Positions 11,533 to 25,411 of a stretch of DNA of 64,000 nucleotides are shown here, one piece after another. The stretch is from Girardia tigrina. Its lineage: Eukaryota. The DNA is taken from contig MQRK01237436.1 in NCBI GenBank assembly GCA_001938485.1, forward strand, positions 11,485 through 75,484, given 5' to 3'. Numbering within the stretch: position 1 is the first letter of the stretch; the number at the start of each line of letters is the position of its first letter. The notes beneath the pieces are model-generated. The model was not told the DNA's origin, made no database searches, and worked only from the letters and a program-made list of their open reading frames with translations. Made by a program: the position numbers and the translations under genes.

Positions 11533-13575
11533 ATTACTATTCCCTAATCCGTATTTTGATATGAGGATTTAACTTTTCTATGTGGGCCACCCATCTCTTT
11601 CAATGGTATTGAGCCTAAGGCTCTTTAGAGGGTCCACCCCCTCTAAAGTTCTTTAGGGTCCCCATTATAGGCCTTCTACGAGGTCAGGGGCTTTCCGCCT
11701 CTGAGCAGTCGGCTTTCCAGTGACGAATGACCAACCATGGAACTTGGTACCATGGCCATACACACATTTAGCTGTTACGGTGGACACGTAACAACCACGA
11801 AATGGACACTGAAATTTTCTTTTTCCTTCATTTCGGGTAATCGGTAGTCTCTGTGTGTTTCTCCAGCGTCTTGTTCTTTCTGGGTTCAGAAACTGAGGGT
11901 TTGATTGGATTGTTGTCGACTCTTCCTCTTCCTCTCTTGCTAAGTTGTCGTCTCCCTGAGTGTTGGATTACTCTGGTTCTTCTCGGGGATTCTTCTGTAA
12001 GGGGATCTTCATCCATCCGGCGCACTTGTATTCTTTTGGGCAGTAAAGACACTTGTATACTTTTTTTCTTTTCTCGTTGCTAGGCTGTCTTCTGTCTCTG
12101 TTTTCTCGGTATTGACTCTGCTGTTCAATTCTTTGATCTTCGCGAATCGACAGTAGCAGTCTTCCAACGGGCAGCTGTCTTCTTTGAGTCGTGGGAGAAT
12201 TAGACGCATCGTGTTCTCATCTTCTCTCCACTTTCTTTAGCCTGATGACTTTCTCTATTGTTTCTTTTGTTGTTAGTAGCCTCTCCTACTGAATATCTCT
12301 ACATAAATCATTAATGCTATACTGGCCTTCAAAGAGCCAGTACATGTCCACCTTGAGACATTCATCCAGATGTTGCTTCCGCCATCCGCTTGTCTTGTTC
12401 CCTCCGATAAGTTCGCATTCGTAGATTTGCTGTACCTCTCCTGGACATTCATTCATCTCGATCTTCACATTGTGAATAATTCTTCTTCTTGATAGTATAT
12501 CCATTAGATTTGGTAGTCCAATGGATAACTCGTCCAATTTAATCCTCTCGGCCTTCGATATTCCCAGCGTTCTTCTAGTACATAAATTTTGAAATTTTTT
12601 AAGCTTCTTTGCGTGCTCTACGTTTGTCCTCCAGTTTTCACTGCTGTAGTATACCACAGAGAATACACAACTTGTGATGATGTTCTTTTTGTTTCGAGGG
12701 ACAACTTGGTGTTCTTCAATACTGGTCTGATCGTTCTCAGCTTTATCGTTCCTTTCTTGATTCTGGCTTTGATATCTACTTCTGATCCTTCTCCCTTCTC
12801 GATGATCGAACCAAGGTAGCAGAACTCGTCCACCCATTCTACACCGGCACTCAGTTCGTTCCCTGTCGTTACATATCTGGCTCCATTGAGATTAAGGATC
12901 TTTGTCTTCCCAATTTTGATCTTCAGCCCCATTCTCAGAAACACAATATTTAGGAACGTTAGGTTTTTCTTTCCGTAATCCTCATCTAGTAAACACAAGT
13001 CGTCAGTATATGTCATGTTGTTTACAGTTAGTGTTTATCCGCCTTTACATTTGACCTTCACGCCTCCACTTAGTCCTTCTTGGATAGCAGTTTTGATTGC
13101 GCAGTCGAATACTAGGTTGAATAGTAAGGTACCGATTACGGAACCCTTGGCGGACTCCTTTCTCCATTGTGAAAATACTCTTACCAACACTTCCTGTAAA
13201 TCCTTCATGAAAATCCATTATCATGCTTAATATGCACCTAATAGTAGCTTAATATGCAACCCTATACTCTCATTATTTAAAGGCAGCCCCAGAGAACTTT
13301 CCTGGGCACGTTGTCGAATGCCTTTTCAAGGTCGATAAATATTGCATACACGTTGATATTGTTGCATCTTGTCTGTTCTTGCATATTTCTGATGATGCCA
13401 ATCGCATGTGCTGTTCCTCTTTTGGGCCTGAACCCAGTATCCTCTCAAGGTGTGTCATTAATCTAATTGCAATGATTTGCGCCATTATCATACCTCCTAC
13501 ATCGAGTAGAAAGATTCCTCTGTAATTGTTCAAATTCTTCTTTGAACCTTTCCCTTTATATAGTGTCGTGATCAG
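11533..13575 (-). mobile_element. 5'-truncated RTE-like LINE: RT, C-terminal Cys motif and GC-rich 3' UTR
   Basis: LYKGKG..NYRGIFLL, YLSTLKRHST (frameshifted DLEKAFD), YTDDL, FCYLGS and CPLEDC motif, with multiple frameshifts. Confidence 0.85.
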
Positions 13576-13732
13576 TAACCAAAACATGCTTGTTTTACAA
13601 ATAAAAATTAGTAATTCACACAATAAGTATTAAGCAAATTTTAATATTAATCAATTTTGCTTTTCATTTCTTTTTTTCTTTCATTTTTAAAATAAAAAAA
13701 TCTTTTGTTAAACACAATTTTGATTGAAATTA

Positions 13733-15004
13733 TACTAAGCGAATAATTTTTTCGCTAAATTGTATTTTTTAGATAGATTTTTTAGAAATTCCTACTAGAT
13801 AATAATTAGTATATTATTTTCTTCATATAACTATTACAGTTAAATTACCATAATATACTTTTTCAAAAAGCCGATCAATAAAAATTATTAAGACTTTGTA
13901 TTACAGTATACATTTACAAAACGAATATTTTTTTCGCCACAATATCAAAAGTCAACGAGAAATGTTTATATTCCTATGTTTTTATTTTGTTATATAAACC
14001 ACCTTTGCTCTGAAGAACTTTGCAGAGTCTCTTACGAATTTGTGTGTATAATTCCTGGAGAATTTCTCGTTTAGAATCGCACAATTTTAATATTACCGTA
14101 TTTATTTTCAAAATCAAATCCTTATTTTTCCTAAATTGTGGGCCATCATGAACTTTATTTGAGATCATCCGCCAGACGTCCTCTACAATATTTAGATCTG
14201 GACTTTTTGATGGCCAATCTAATACACGGATATTGGATAAATTCATAAAGCTTTTAACTGATTTTGCTTTATGTACTGAGCAGTTATCTTCTTGAAATGT
14301 AAAATTCATGACACTTTTCAAACCATGACCTTATATGGCTTACTCGATTTTGCATATGCTTTTTTGTGAGTACTATTTCCCTCCTTGCTTTTTTGTATTT
14401 ATAACCTTCTTTTCTCAAATATTTCTGTACCGTTCTCACATTTGCATTTATCTCACATTCTTTCATTATTTTCGAACTAGTGACTCTTTCTCCCTTATTG
14501 AGTGAAAACGATATTTGACGTTTTATTCTAAATTGAAGCTTTTTTGTTATTTTAGGTTTCGGTCCTCGTTCTTTTTAAGGTTTTTAATGTGTAAGAACAT
14601 AAACTCTTAGCAGAATTCAAAGATATGTTCATTTTTTGACCAATTTCTTTATATGTCAAGCCTTTAATCCTAAGCTCGATTGCCTCATCCNNNNNNNNNN
14701 NNNNNNNNNNNNNNNNNNNNNNNNNNNNNNNNNNNNNNNNNNNNNNNNNNNNNNNNNNNNNNNNNNNNNNNNNNNNNNNNNNNNNNNNNNNNNNNNNNNN
14801 NNNNNNNNNNNNNNNNNNNNNNNNNNNNNNNNNNNNNNNNNNNNNNNNNNNNNNNNNNNNNNNNNNNNNNNNNNNNNNNNNNNNNNNNNNNATATTATTT
14901 ATTTATATTTCAATAGGTAATTATCACCTAATTATATGAATCGTATTAATAAGTCCAATGTAAATTGAAAAATACAATTTAGCGAAAAAATTATTCGCTT
15001 AGTA
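13733..15004 (-). mobile_element. Tc1-like DNA transposon with internal deletion
   Basis: About 37-bp TIRs TACTAAGCGAATAATTTTTTCGCTAAATTGTATTTTT with TA flanks. FQEDNCSVH and WPSKSPDLNIVEDVW are present; the segment with the first catalytic Asp is missing. Confidence 0.9.
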
Positions 15005-15546
15005 TATTATGACTTGTTTTTAATTTTGAGAATAAGAAAATGTTTCATCGATTTATTCAAAAAATGAGCTAACCGACAAATTCCGCTTCGGTAATTTTCA
15101 ACAAAATCGATTTAGAAGAGTTCGTTCCGAAATTATTGGATTGGTTCCATCGAAATACGAGTGGTGGTGATTTTTCGAACGACGATCAATCGTTGTTAAA
15201 CGACAGTAAATCTAATTCACTGATTATCGTAACCGATGAATTGAAATTAAATAACGACACATTTCTCAGGCAATTGAAAATCAAACCGATTCATTGGATT
15301 GAAGAATTTTGGCAAATCATTGTCGATAAATATCACTAGTCTCTCCTTAAAGATAATTATGTTGGTGCCAAGATTACTTGAGGGTCTGATGGCGGCCCCT
15401 TCAGCGTTTTTTATACGCCATCAAAATACGGTAAGATTTGTGAGTCGGCGAGCGGTTCTCCCTTTGCTGCATTCCAATATCCGGCCACCCAAGAGGGGAC
15501 ACGCGACAAACAGGTCCCACTACCGAAGCATCGATCCGCCGACATT

Positions 15547-16120
15547 ACATAAAGGATTACAATTTTGCTGTTTTCCATGCCTCCGAAAAGTCTGCTCTTC
15601 CCTCCAAAATTTGCTCAAAACATTGCTGGATCTTGATATTTAACTGTTGGCCGCCACACTTGTATAACTTTATGATGATACCATTGTTCCCATCAGCTGT
15701 GCCGTTCTTGAGTTGATTTATTGCGGTACCCACCTCTTTCACGTCCGGTAAGTTGTCAATATCCAAGATATGTCTCTGATCTGCAATCACGACATAGTGA
15801 TCAACTCTTTCCCTGTTTTTGAATAGATTCGAGAAGTGCTCTGATAACACTTCGTCTACCAAACTACTATGTACTGTGCAGAGAGTTGATTCTTTTGTTT
15901 CGCTATTGCAAAGCGCTCTAAGTTCCGTGTATAGTTCAGAGGTTTTCCCTATGCACTCTCTATTCAGCACGCCTTCAATCTCCTGTCCGATGATCTCTAT
16001 CCTTTCTCTCTTTCATCCTCTCAGTTGTCGAAATGTATTCAGTTGTGCAGCTTTCTATTTGGCATACTTTTGTTCGCATCTACTCTGGATGATCTCCTTC
16101 CTTCCTTTCTATATACAATT
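15547..16120 (-). mobile_element. Second RTE-like LINE ORF2 fragment (pre-RT region)
   Basis: EHFSNLF...EVGTAINQLKNGTADGNNGI..LYKCGG...WKTAK is typical of the region just upstream of the LINE RT domain. Confidence 0.75.
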
Positions 16121-19100
16121 TTAAACTTCGTTTTTACTTTTCTATGTACAAGTTTTAACACCCGTGACAATTAAATTTGTACAGAAGATTAGGTGTAATT
16201 TTATTTTTGATTTTTGATTTAACTGCTAGGAACTATCTTACTTAAGATTTGACAAACACTATTTACATTAACATTAATTTAACATTTTTGATTTTTTGAT
16301 ATTTATTATTTATTTGGATTCTTTTTATTTTTAGTTTCTAAATCCTTCTGGAAAGGAAATTTTTATTATTTCAACGCGATCCCCTTGATCCTTCTTATTA
16401 GTATCGCGAGTATGTACTCTGTGCAACATTAGTATACATTTAGTCTCTATTTTCATCATTATGTACACTATTAGGTACACTAATTAGGTACACATTGCAT
16501 TAGAATTTCAAGTATGTCACATGAACTCGTAAAAAATGTGGAAGGAATTGAAACTTGGAGAACAACCTTTTGATCAGTTAAGATTGAGACATGAGCAACG
16601 ATGAATTAAATATGCTTTATTAAATAATTTGCAAATAAAATCATTTCATATTTCGAAAGTTCTAAACTGGGATTTTCATTCAATTCCTTTAATAAAGACT
16701 TCATTTTCATATAAAATATGTTCAGAATGCATAATTGATTGATTTTTTGTTTGAATTATTTCGATTGTTTAAACAATAAATTAGAGTCTTCTATTATTGG
16801 CATCATTTTAAGAGTCAATAAAGCCAAGAAAAACAATGAGTATTTGACGGAAAGTATCCAATGGGAGTCATATTACCATAACTATTATATTAATTGTCTA
16901 TTTGTTTTTCACAAAATTTTCAATGGTTTCCTATTTTTCCGTTGAGAATTTTATACTTAAAATTATGATGAATAAAAAACAATATAATTTTTTTGGGCAA
17001 CCGTTCATTTGAAAAGTTAAAATATCTGTGTTTCTTTATAATTATTTATATTGTAGAAAGAAATCTGAATTTTAACAACATCGCTTTATTTAAAACATAA
17101 GACATATTTTATATTATTTATTTCTACTTTATATTTTTCTCTTTATATTTATATTTGTATTTCATTTCCAGAATCAATTAACAACATCACAATTTGAATG
17201 TAAAAATTTATTAACAACACAAACAGAATCTTCACAAGAATTTTCTGAGAGCATCTTTCTTTGATTAATATAGTTTTTTGTTAATATATTCAAATCCAAA
17301 AAAACAATGAATGGGAAATTTTTTAATATTAACTTTTAACTTCTCATAATTTTATTGGATAAAAAGATATTACGTAATTTTTAAATAAACATTAACTTTT
17401 TAAATTTAATAAGTTAAAATCGTTTACTAAAATTGTTATTAAAATGCATAATTATAAAACTTTAATTAATTAGTATTTAAAATTAATATCATTAGATTCA
17501 AATAATCAATCAATAAACATATCAATCCCATCTGAATAGGAGAGTCACAAATCAAAACAGCATACAAACAACAAACTTACAACATTCCAAATTATCCCTC
17601 ACACGAATTATAACTTAAAATTTGAGAATTGAATTTCATGAATATGTTACTTAATAATTTAATTATAAAGAAATCGAAAATTATTTTTTCTAAATAATAA
17701 AATACAATTTATATTAGAGTTACATGTTTTCAAAAAAAAATAATATATAATTAAATTTATTGAAATATATTATAATTAAAAATATATCTCTTGATATAAA
17801 AATGTACATAATAACATTAAAATGATATAAAATATAATTGTAATAGTCCACTAGCAAAATTAATATTTTTTTTTACTTTCCACCTTACGACATACCTATC
17901 ATTTTATATGTACTTCTCTATGGCCTACCACTCATGTGATTTATTTCTATTTTATGATTGTTTTTAATTTGTGCAGTAGAGCGTCGATTTATTTTTGTTG
18001 TATGACTCGCGTAATGTTTACTTATCTCATGTACATTTACTTATTTATTTTATTTTTTTGACTTATTTTATTTTTATTTATTTTTTTAAATAAGAAGAAG
18101 AAGGAAAAAAAAGAAGAAGAAACAATGTAAAGAAGTCAAGAAATAAGAGAATTCACAATAAAGAAGTCATAAACAAAGAAATTATAGGATAATCATAATT
18201 TTGTATGATTATTAAAATTTAAAATTGAATTTTAAATAGTACAAATAATAATACTTGGAAACGAGTTGTTTTTAGTGATCGGATTCTGCATAGTTTTTTG
18301 ACGGTTTTTGACGAGCGGTATTTTGATTGTCGGGCGCGAATTGTTTATTATTTTGACTCTCTAATACGAGGCCGAATCATTTATTGTTTTGACTTCCAAA
18401 TCCGAAATTTGACAATTGCGAGTTTATCATCACAACGACAGTTATATTATTTTAATTTTCTATGTATAATTTTTTATTCAACACAAAACGAAAGATGTGG
18501 ACAGTTTTATTCTTTTGTAACGGTATCATATCATTATTCAAATTCACTGAAATTTTTTAAAATAAACGTTTCAATAGGATAATAGAATTACAATGTGGAA
18601 AATGTAATTGTTCAGTGTTAATTATTGTGGAAAAGCAAGTTGATAAAGTTTATATGAATTTGAATAATTATTCAATTGACTTTTCCTCTATATATCAATA
18701 AATAAAAACTTAAATATCAGTATAATAAATATTTAAAACACTGAAATATTATGAATAAAATAATTTAAAACTTTATAGGAATATTACATAAAACTGTATT
18801 TAGAACAAACACCGAACAAAAAAATAAATTATTTGAATGTCAATTCTTTAGTTAATACTTGGATTACAATTAACGATAATATTCTATTATGTACATTCTT
18901 CTGGATATTCTTCTATATCTAGTTTCTATATTAATTTTTTTTAATAAATGATGTCTTCGGTAATAATACTATTTGTAAAATACTCGTAGAATATCAAAAT
19001 TTGGAACTTCAGTGTTTGATTTTGTTAATTCGCTAAGACAGTAAGAAATTTTATTAACTGTTTGGTTGGTATATAAATTTTAATTGTGATTTATTTAAAC

Positions 19101-20085
19101 TGATTAAATTCAATTTTAAAATTTTCATTTATGAAATCATAATCATATGTTTTTATTTGCTTTTTTTGTTATTGCTTTTTTCTTCTCTTTCCTTTCAATT
19201 CTCTATCTTTACCAGTCTTTCTAATGTCTCAGATAATTTATTGTTATTTGGATAAAAATAAAATGACAATAATATAATAATAACAACAATCCCGAAATAA
19301 TAAAAAATTTAACAATGACACTCATTCACAAATGAATATAAAAGAAAAATATAAAAATTACTGTGCGTAAATAAATTTAATTTACCACATCGACATAAGT
19401 ATAAGCAAGGTAATAATATAAAAAAAGGAAAAGAATATAATACAGACTCACAATACACCAAATAATTCAACTTAATGTAATAAATAATAAAGTATTAATA
19501 AAGGTTTAAAATAAAATATAACTAGAATTGCTTTTTCATTCTTTGATGACAATAATTAACAAATTAACATCAATATTTTAAATATAAAGCTATAAGCAAT
19601 GTCAATCATGGGGTTATTATTTTATAGTTATTTTATTAATTTGTTTATTTAAAAAATTTCTAAATTAAGTACCAGAATTTGACTTAAAAATTTTACTTTT
19701 TGTTTTGTGAGCTATCTGAGATATTGTCATTTATAAGATGCTGGATGACGATGAGAACGTTTGTTTAATGCTTTTTAGAAAAACTTTTTATTATATCATG
19801 ATCCTTGTTAGGTTCGATATCAAATGTTGAAGTCATAACACCAAAATGTTATTAAAATAACACAATATCATATTTTTCAAACAATATTTCGAGGAACAAT
19901 TTTTCATTTGCACCAACTATTTATACATGAACAACGATGAAATATAAATACAAATACTTAATTTATTATTTTTTTTTAATTTGGGAATTTCCAAAATTAC
20001 ATTTACACCATTGATTTTATTATTTTTATAAAAATCTTAAACCAAAGGTTTCCTAAAAAAATTAAAAAATGATGGCAAATTATGT

Positions 20086-21379
20086 TTAAAAACAAAAACA
20101 CGCCATTTGTTAAATTTATTTTTTACGACAATTAATTTCGACGGTATAACCGTCATCGTCAGGTCTCAAAAAAGGAATGAATTTTAAATCTGCTTATATA
20201 GGCAAGTAGTGATTATGTCATCAATTGATTATTATGTCATCTAAACACGCTTAATAGGGTTTTCGAGAGACCCGTTTGCACATTAATCTTAGGATCTAAA
20301 GATCTGATATAAATTGCTTCACAGGCCACTCTCTCCCAATAGTTTTTAAAACGAGAACACAGAATTTTAAAATCATTTATGTTTATGCTTTCATTCAACT
20401 TACAACCCTTTCTGTGTTCTGCAATATTACTCCCACTTACATTCCGACCATGTCCTTGGATTCTCTTACAAAGATGACGGAACGTCTCTCCAATGTATGT
20501 GGCATTACACCCATTAAATGTAAATTTATATACGAGATCCGAACATAATCCAAATGGGGTTGGAGATTTATTACAAAACACATTTTGGATTTTTTTATTG
20601 TGATTTTTTTGATTATGATATTATTTTTAAATTAAAGGCATTATTTACGCATTTTAAAATTGAACGTTTAAATTGACCAAATCCCTCTGAATATGGAATG
20701 CTTAAAACATATTTTAAAGTTGTTGAGTCTTCTTTATCATTTATAATCAGTTTATTAATTATTTTATCAATTGTTTCTTTGGTCAATTTCTCAACAATTG
20801 ATTTTGAGTAACCATTTTTATTCAATAGTTTTGTTAACTGATTAATGCTATCACAACTTTTTGTATAAGTTGATGATAATGACAAAGATCGAAAAATTAG
20901 TCCTCTAATCATATTATATTCGTATCGAGATTCACAAAAACTGCTTGGCGTTGTATATAACCCAGTATCAGTTTTCTTTCTGTGAATCTCAGTCTCATAA
21001 ACATCTCTTTTCCTTTCAATCAGTAAATCTAGGAAAGATAATTTACCATTATTCTCTGTTTCTGTTGTAAACTTAATATTTGGATGCAAAGAATTTAAGT
21101 ATCCTAAAAATGGATCTATATCAATTTGATTATCGAAAATAAGAAAAACGTCATCAACATAGCGTTTATACGCTAGAGGTTTTTGATAAGGAAAAAAATC
21201 GATCTTATTTTTAATACTTTACAAAAATATTGAAGCCAGTGTTAGAGCTAAAGGAGAACCCATTGCTACACCATCAACCTGTTTATACCACTCATTATTA
21301 AAAAGAAAATGAATATTATACCGTCGAAATTAATTGTCGTAAAAAATAAATTTAACAAATGACGTGTTTTTGTTTTTAA
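20086..21379 (-). mobile_element. 5'-truncated Penelope-like element (RT C-half + GIY-YIG) with inverted terminal segment
   Basis: [31 protein letters not shown] and LVYKFT..CNATYIGET. A 64-bp inverted repeat joins 20086-20149 and 21316-21379. Confidence 0.93.
20127..20165 (-). ncRNA. Minimal type I hammerhead ribozyme in the PLE 3' pLTR
   Basis: GAC CTGACGA T GACGG TTATA CCGTC GAAA TTAA TT GTC: intact core, 5-bp stem II, palindromic loop III. Confidence 0.85.
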
Positions 21380-22881
21380 TTAAAAAGTATATTCTTTAAA
21401 TATTTTGAAAGTTCTTTTAGAGATTTTACATTCTAAAATTTATGTGAGCTCCCCAAAATAAATGCAAAGAGTTTAGTATGAAAATCCTTCCACTTTTATC
21501 TTATATCCCAGAAGATTCGCATTGACTTTCCTCTTAGCAACACTTTCCTGACATGAGCACTTTAATAATATTAATAATACTTCAATAATTTATTATAATT
21601 TAATGTACACATTTAATTTCGTTTTTGTATTGAAAACAAATAATTCTAATGATGGATTACAAAATTAATCAACTTTTGTTTCAGTTTGACGGTAACAAAA
21701 ATAAAGAATGGGAAAAAAGTAAAGGATACAATTAATTAATTATTACTTTTCAAGAAACGTTCTAGTAAAATTTATAGACATAAACAAAATAATTTTATGA
21801 TAAATAAGTAAAGATATTTTATTTCTGTACTATTACGTTACATTTAATAGAATTTTATAGAATACGGGAGTTCGCCGTTCATATGTCTCATTTCCGGTTT
21901 CCTGTCGCAACTTTTGTTGAAGAATTATTTTACTTGAATGTAATTTAAAGGGTAGCTCCAAATGAAGGATAAAATAATTATATGATCAACATTTTCAATT
22001 TTACAGAAATTGAAACTGTCGAAAAATTAAAAAAGAATTCATACATATATTTGAAAAAAATTCTAAAAATTCTAAAATTAAATTAATATATGTATACGTT
22101 TTCAAAAGAGAAAAAAAAGAGAAGAAAAATTAAATATATTTTTATATAAATAAATTGTTTTTACTTTTACTAATTTATATTAAATAAAAAAAAACTATGA
22201 GCAAAAATATGAAGAATAAATAGAAACAAACGAAGGTGACGTTAATTTAATCGAAACCTTTCAAAAATTAAAGAAAAAACAATTTATTATTCCATTCTAT
22301 TTTTAATTTTTATTTATTTTATTTATTAATTCAAAAAAGAAGAGAAAATCATTAACTTAGAAATCGAAAGTATTTTCTTTTGTTGAAAAATAATGCTTTT
22401 TTACTTTAAATATCAAATATTGATTAATTAAAAATTATTTTCTTGTTATTTTGAAATTACATAAAGAATATAATATCTATAAATAACTGATATTTATTAT
22501 AATAATGATGATAATAATATAAATTTAAACTGGTTTAATACAATATTTTCATTACTTTATTTTCTTATGGCAAATGAATACATAATTATTATAGAATAAA
22601 GTGAACTTAATTATAAAATATCGTTCGGTGAATTTCCTTAGATAAATATGTAATCTAAGTATAATAAATAACATTTTTTAAAATATAATTATATTGAAAT
22701 ATAATATTTAATACGGGCTAAAAATGTTTGGTAGAATTCAAATAATTAACAGTATTGTTTCAGAATTTATATTATAATATATAATTTCCTCTTTCCATGC
22801 TCAGACGATTTAAATCTACATTTTCATGTAATATTTATTGAATGATAATCGCTGAAATTGTTATTGTTACTTCATGATATA

Positions 22882-22927
<46 letters not shown>

Positions 22928-22989
22928 TAAATGAAATAAAAAAATCAATAAAGTAATAATTAAAAAATCAAATAAATCTTAATAAACAT

Positions 22990-24283
22990 GAGAATTGTTC
23001 ATTTTGAACAAATAAATATAAACGATAGCACATCGTGTAACTTAACTGATTCTACAATCGTTTGCAGTGTTTAAGTTGTGTTTTTTATGCTACACATTTG
23101 AATTTATATGTTAAATATTGAAATTTTCATTAATGACTTATTTTTTGAAATTTTAGATAAATTAAATGTCAAGAGTATTTAGTGAATTTGAGCGTGGAAT
23201 TATTGTTGCGCTTAAAAATGCAGGAAGTACATGGAATCAAATAAAGGTCAAACCATTTACAAGATATAATAGAAATATTTCAAAACGTGGAATGCAAAAA
23301 ATATGGGCGAAGTATTTAAAAATAGGAAAAGTGAAAGATCAGCCACGAGGAGGCAGACGTCATAAACTAAGCGCCAGATCAGAAAGAGTGATTAAGCACA
23401 TAAGTCGTTTACACAATGATATTTCCACGTTAAATATTACAAGGATATTTAATTCTTCTTCCTCAATAGCCATAAGTAAGTCGACAGTCGAAAGGATTTT
23501 ACAGAAATATGGAATACGGGCATTCGAAGCTGTAAAGAAATCTTTCCTTACCGCTAAACAGAGACAAAGAAGAATGCAGTGGGCTTAATTATATCAAAAT
23601 TTGGATAAATAAACTTGGTATTCTGTTATATTTAGCGATGAATGCATTTTCCAATGTTATAATCATCGTGGTAGACGTTGGATCAGACGAACTAGAAATG
23701 AAATATTCAAACTCAGAAACATCCATGAAACCATGAGCCACGGAGTCAAAGTTCATGCCTGGGGGTGCTTTTCGGCAAACGGGGTAGGTCTTCTTAGAAA
23801 AGTAGAAGGTTCAATGAATGCTCAAATGTACCAGAAAACTATAATACATGACATTATTGGAAAGTGCTTGGTATTTCCAAAACAACAATTAATTTTTCAG
23901 CAAGATCTTGGACCACCACACCGTGCACTGTCGACATTTAATTTCTTAAAAAAGAAGGAAGTCGACCTTTTACCATGGGCAGGTAATTCACCAGACGTAA
24001 ATCATATCGAAAATGTATGGGAACGTTTAAAAAAGGAAATTACAGACGATAAGGTGCACATCGTCAGAACAGCTGTGGGTGGCTCTTCAAAAAATATTGT
24101 ACGAACTATCAAAAGACTATTGTAAAAGTCTTGTTGAATCTATGCCTAGGCAATTAAAAATGATAAAGGACATGAAAGGACATTCAACTAAGTATTGAAA
24201 GTTCACGTAATAAATGTTTTGTTAAAAATTTGATCTTTTTTCTCAAAAAATATGGTGGGAGAACAGACTTATGAATCATACTA
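22990..24283 (+). mobile_element. Tc1-like transposon with stop-interrupted transposase (23166 to about 24197)
   Basis: HTH N-terminus with GRRHKLS, then FSDE, VHAWGCFS, FQQD and WAGNSPDVNHIENVW. The left TIR was not found, so the boundaries are approximate. Confidence 0.9.
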
Positions 24284-25411
24284 TAATTATACCTAAAAAT
24301 AGAATTATAATAATATTAACAAATCAAAATTGCCTTTATACAGATACATTTTCACTGTTTAAAACCACGTATTACTGTTTAAGGCGTTTAAGACTGTTTA
24401 AGAGGTTGAGTATCCTATCATAGCATTTAGCGAAATCCCATAATAATACTTAATACAAAAATGTTGGTAGTTAACTTAACTTTATCTCTTAAAATGATAG
24501 CTAAAATTTGTTATTGTACGAAATTTTTAAAACTATTCTATTTTATTGTGTTCTTTTGTAGCGATTACAATACATTTGTCGTTGCACTGATTTTGAGTTA
24601 ATAATGTTTTCCTAAAGCAATAATCCATAAATTATGTTTAGCATTATTTTAAAATTTATTTTGTTAATTTAGTTTAAACATTTATAAAATTTTAATTTAT
24701 CCATAATGATTTTATTCTAGATGTGGATCATCTTTCTTCTTTCTTGTATATATTTATTATTTGTTAGATCTTCCCTAATAACTTCGAGGTAATGTCAAGA
24801 TAATAATGTCAGATTAATAATGTCAGGAGAAGCATAACAGTAACCAAAATATCAACTTAACAATATTAAAGAAAATGTATGAAAATTTGACTTTATTTGC
24901 GTAAACAAATTCCAAAAACGAAAAATTTTTCGAAAAAGCTGGCTGAAACGGTTTTTTCTTGAATTAAGATCGAATAAAAAAATTGAATTTTTAACATTTG
25001 GTTGTTTTAATAATGATAATTTTAAAATAATAATAATTCGAGACATTAAAGTTGTGCAGTTGTAACCTTTTCTAGCTAGTAACTCTGTCAGTACTATAAT
25101 CCTGTCGAGAAAAAGCCGTGTCAATATACTGACGGATCGAAAAAGAGACCATGTAATTTTTTTTGTGATTCATTAATTCAAATACGTTGCTCAACTATAA
25201 TAAAGAAATGTATTTTAGATCAAAGCAACTTTTTCGTATCTGACGTGTTTTCAGTTAATACTTTTACTTCACTTAAAAACACGTATGTTGGTGTGAGACC
25301 GGGCGCAGCGCGGTGGCGGCATCCCGGGGTTGGGAAATCAGTGTTTCTGGGACGAGGGGGGAAAGAAGAACTTATCTCACCATTTTTCACATTCGCTTCA
25401 AGTTGAAATAT

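Noticed and set aside
13575-15547. A single LINE split by a 2-kb insertion
   Set aside because: The two LINE fragments overlap by several divergent codons and no TSD or TIR bounds the intervening block.
18300-18420. Spaced ~33-bp repeats as a CRISPR-like array
   Set aside because: Only 2-3 degenerate units in a eukaryotic context with no cas genes; probably TE subterminal repeats.
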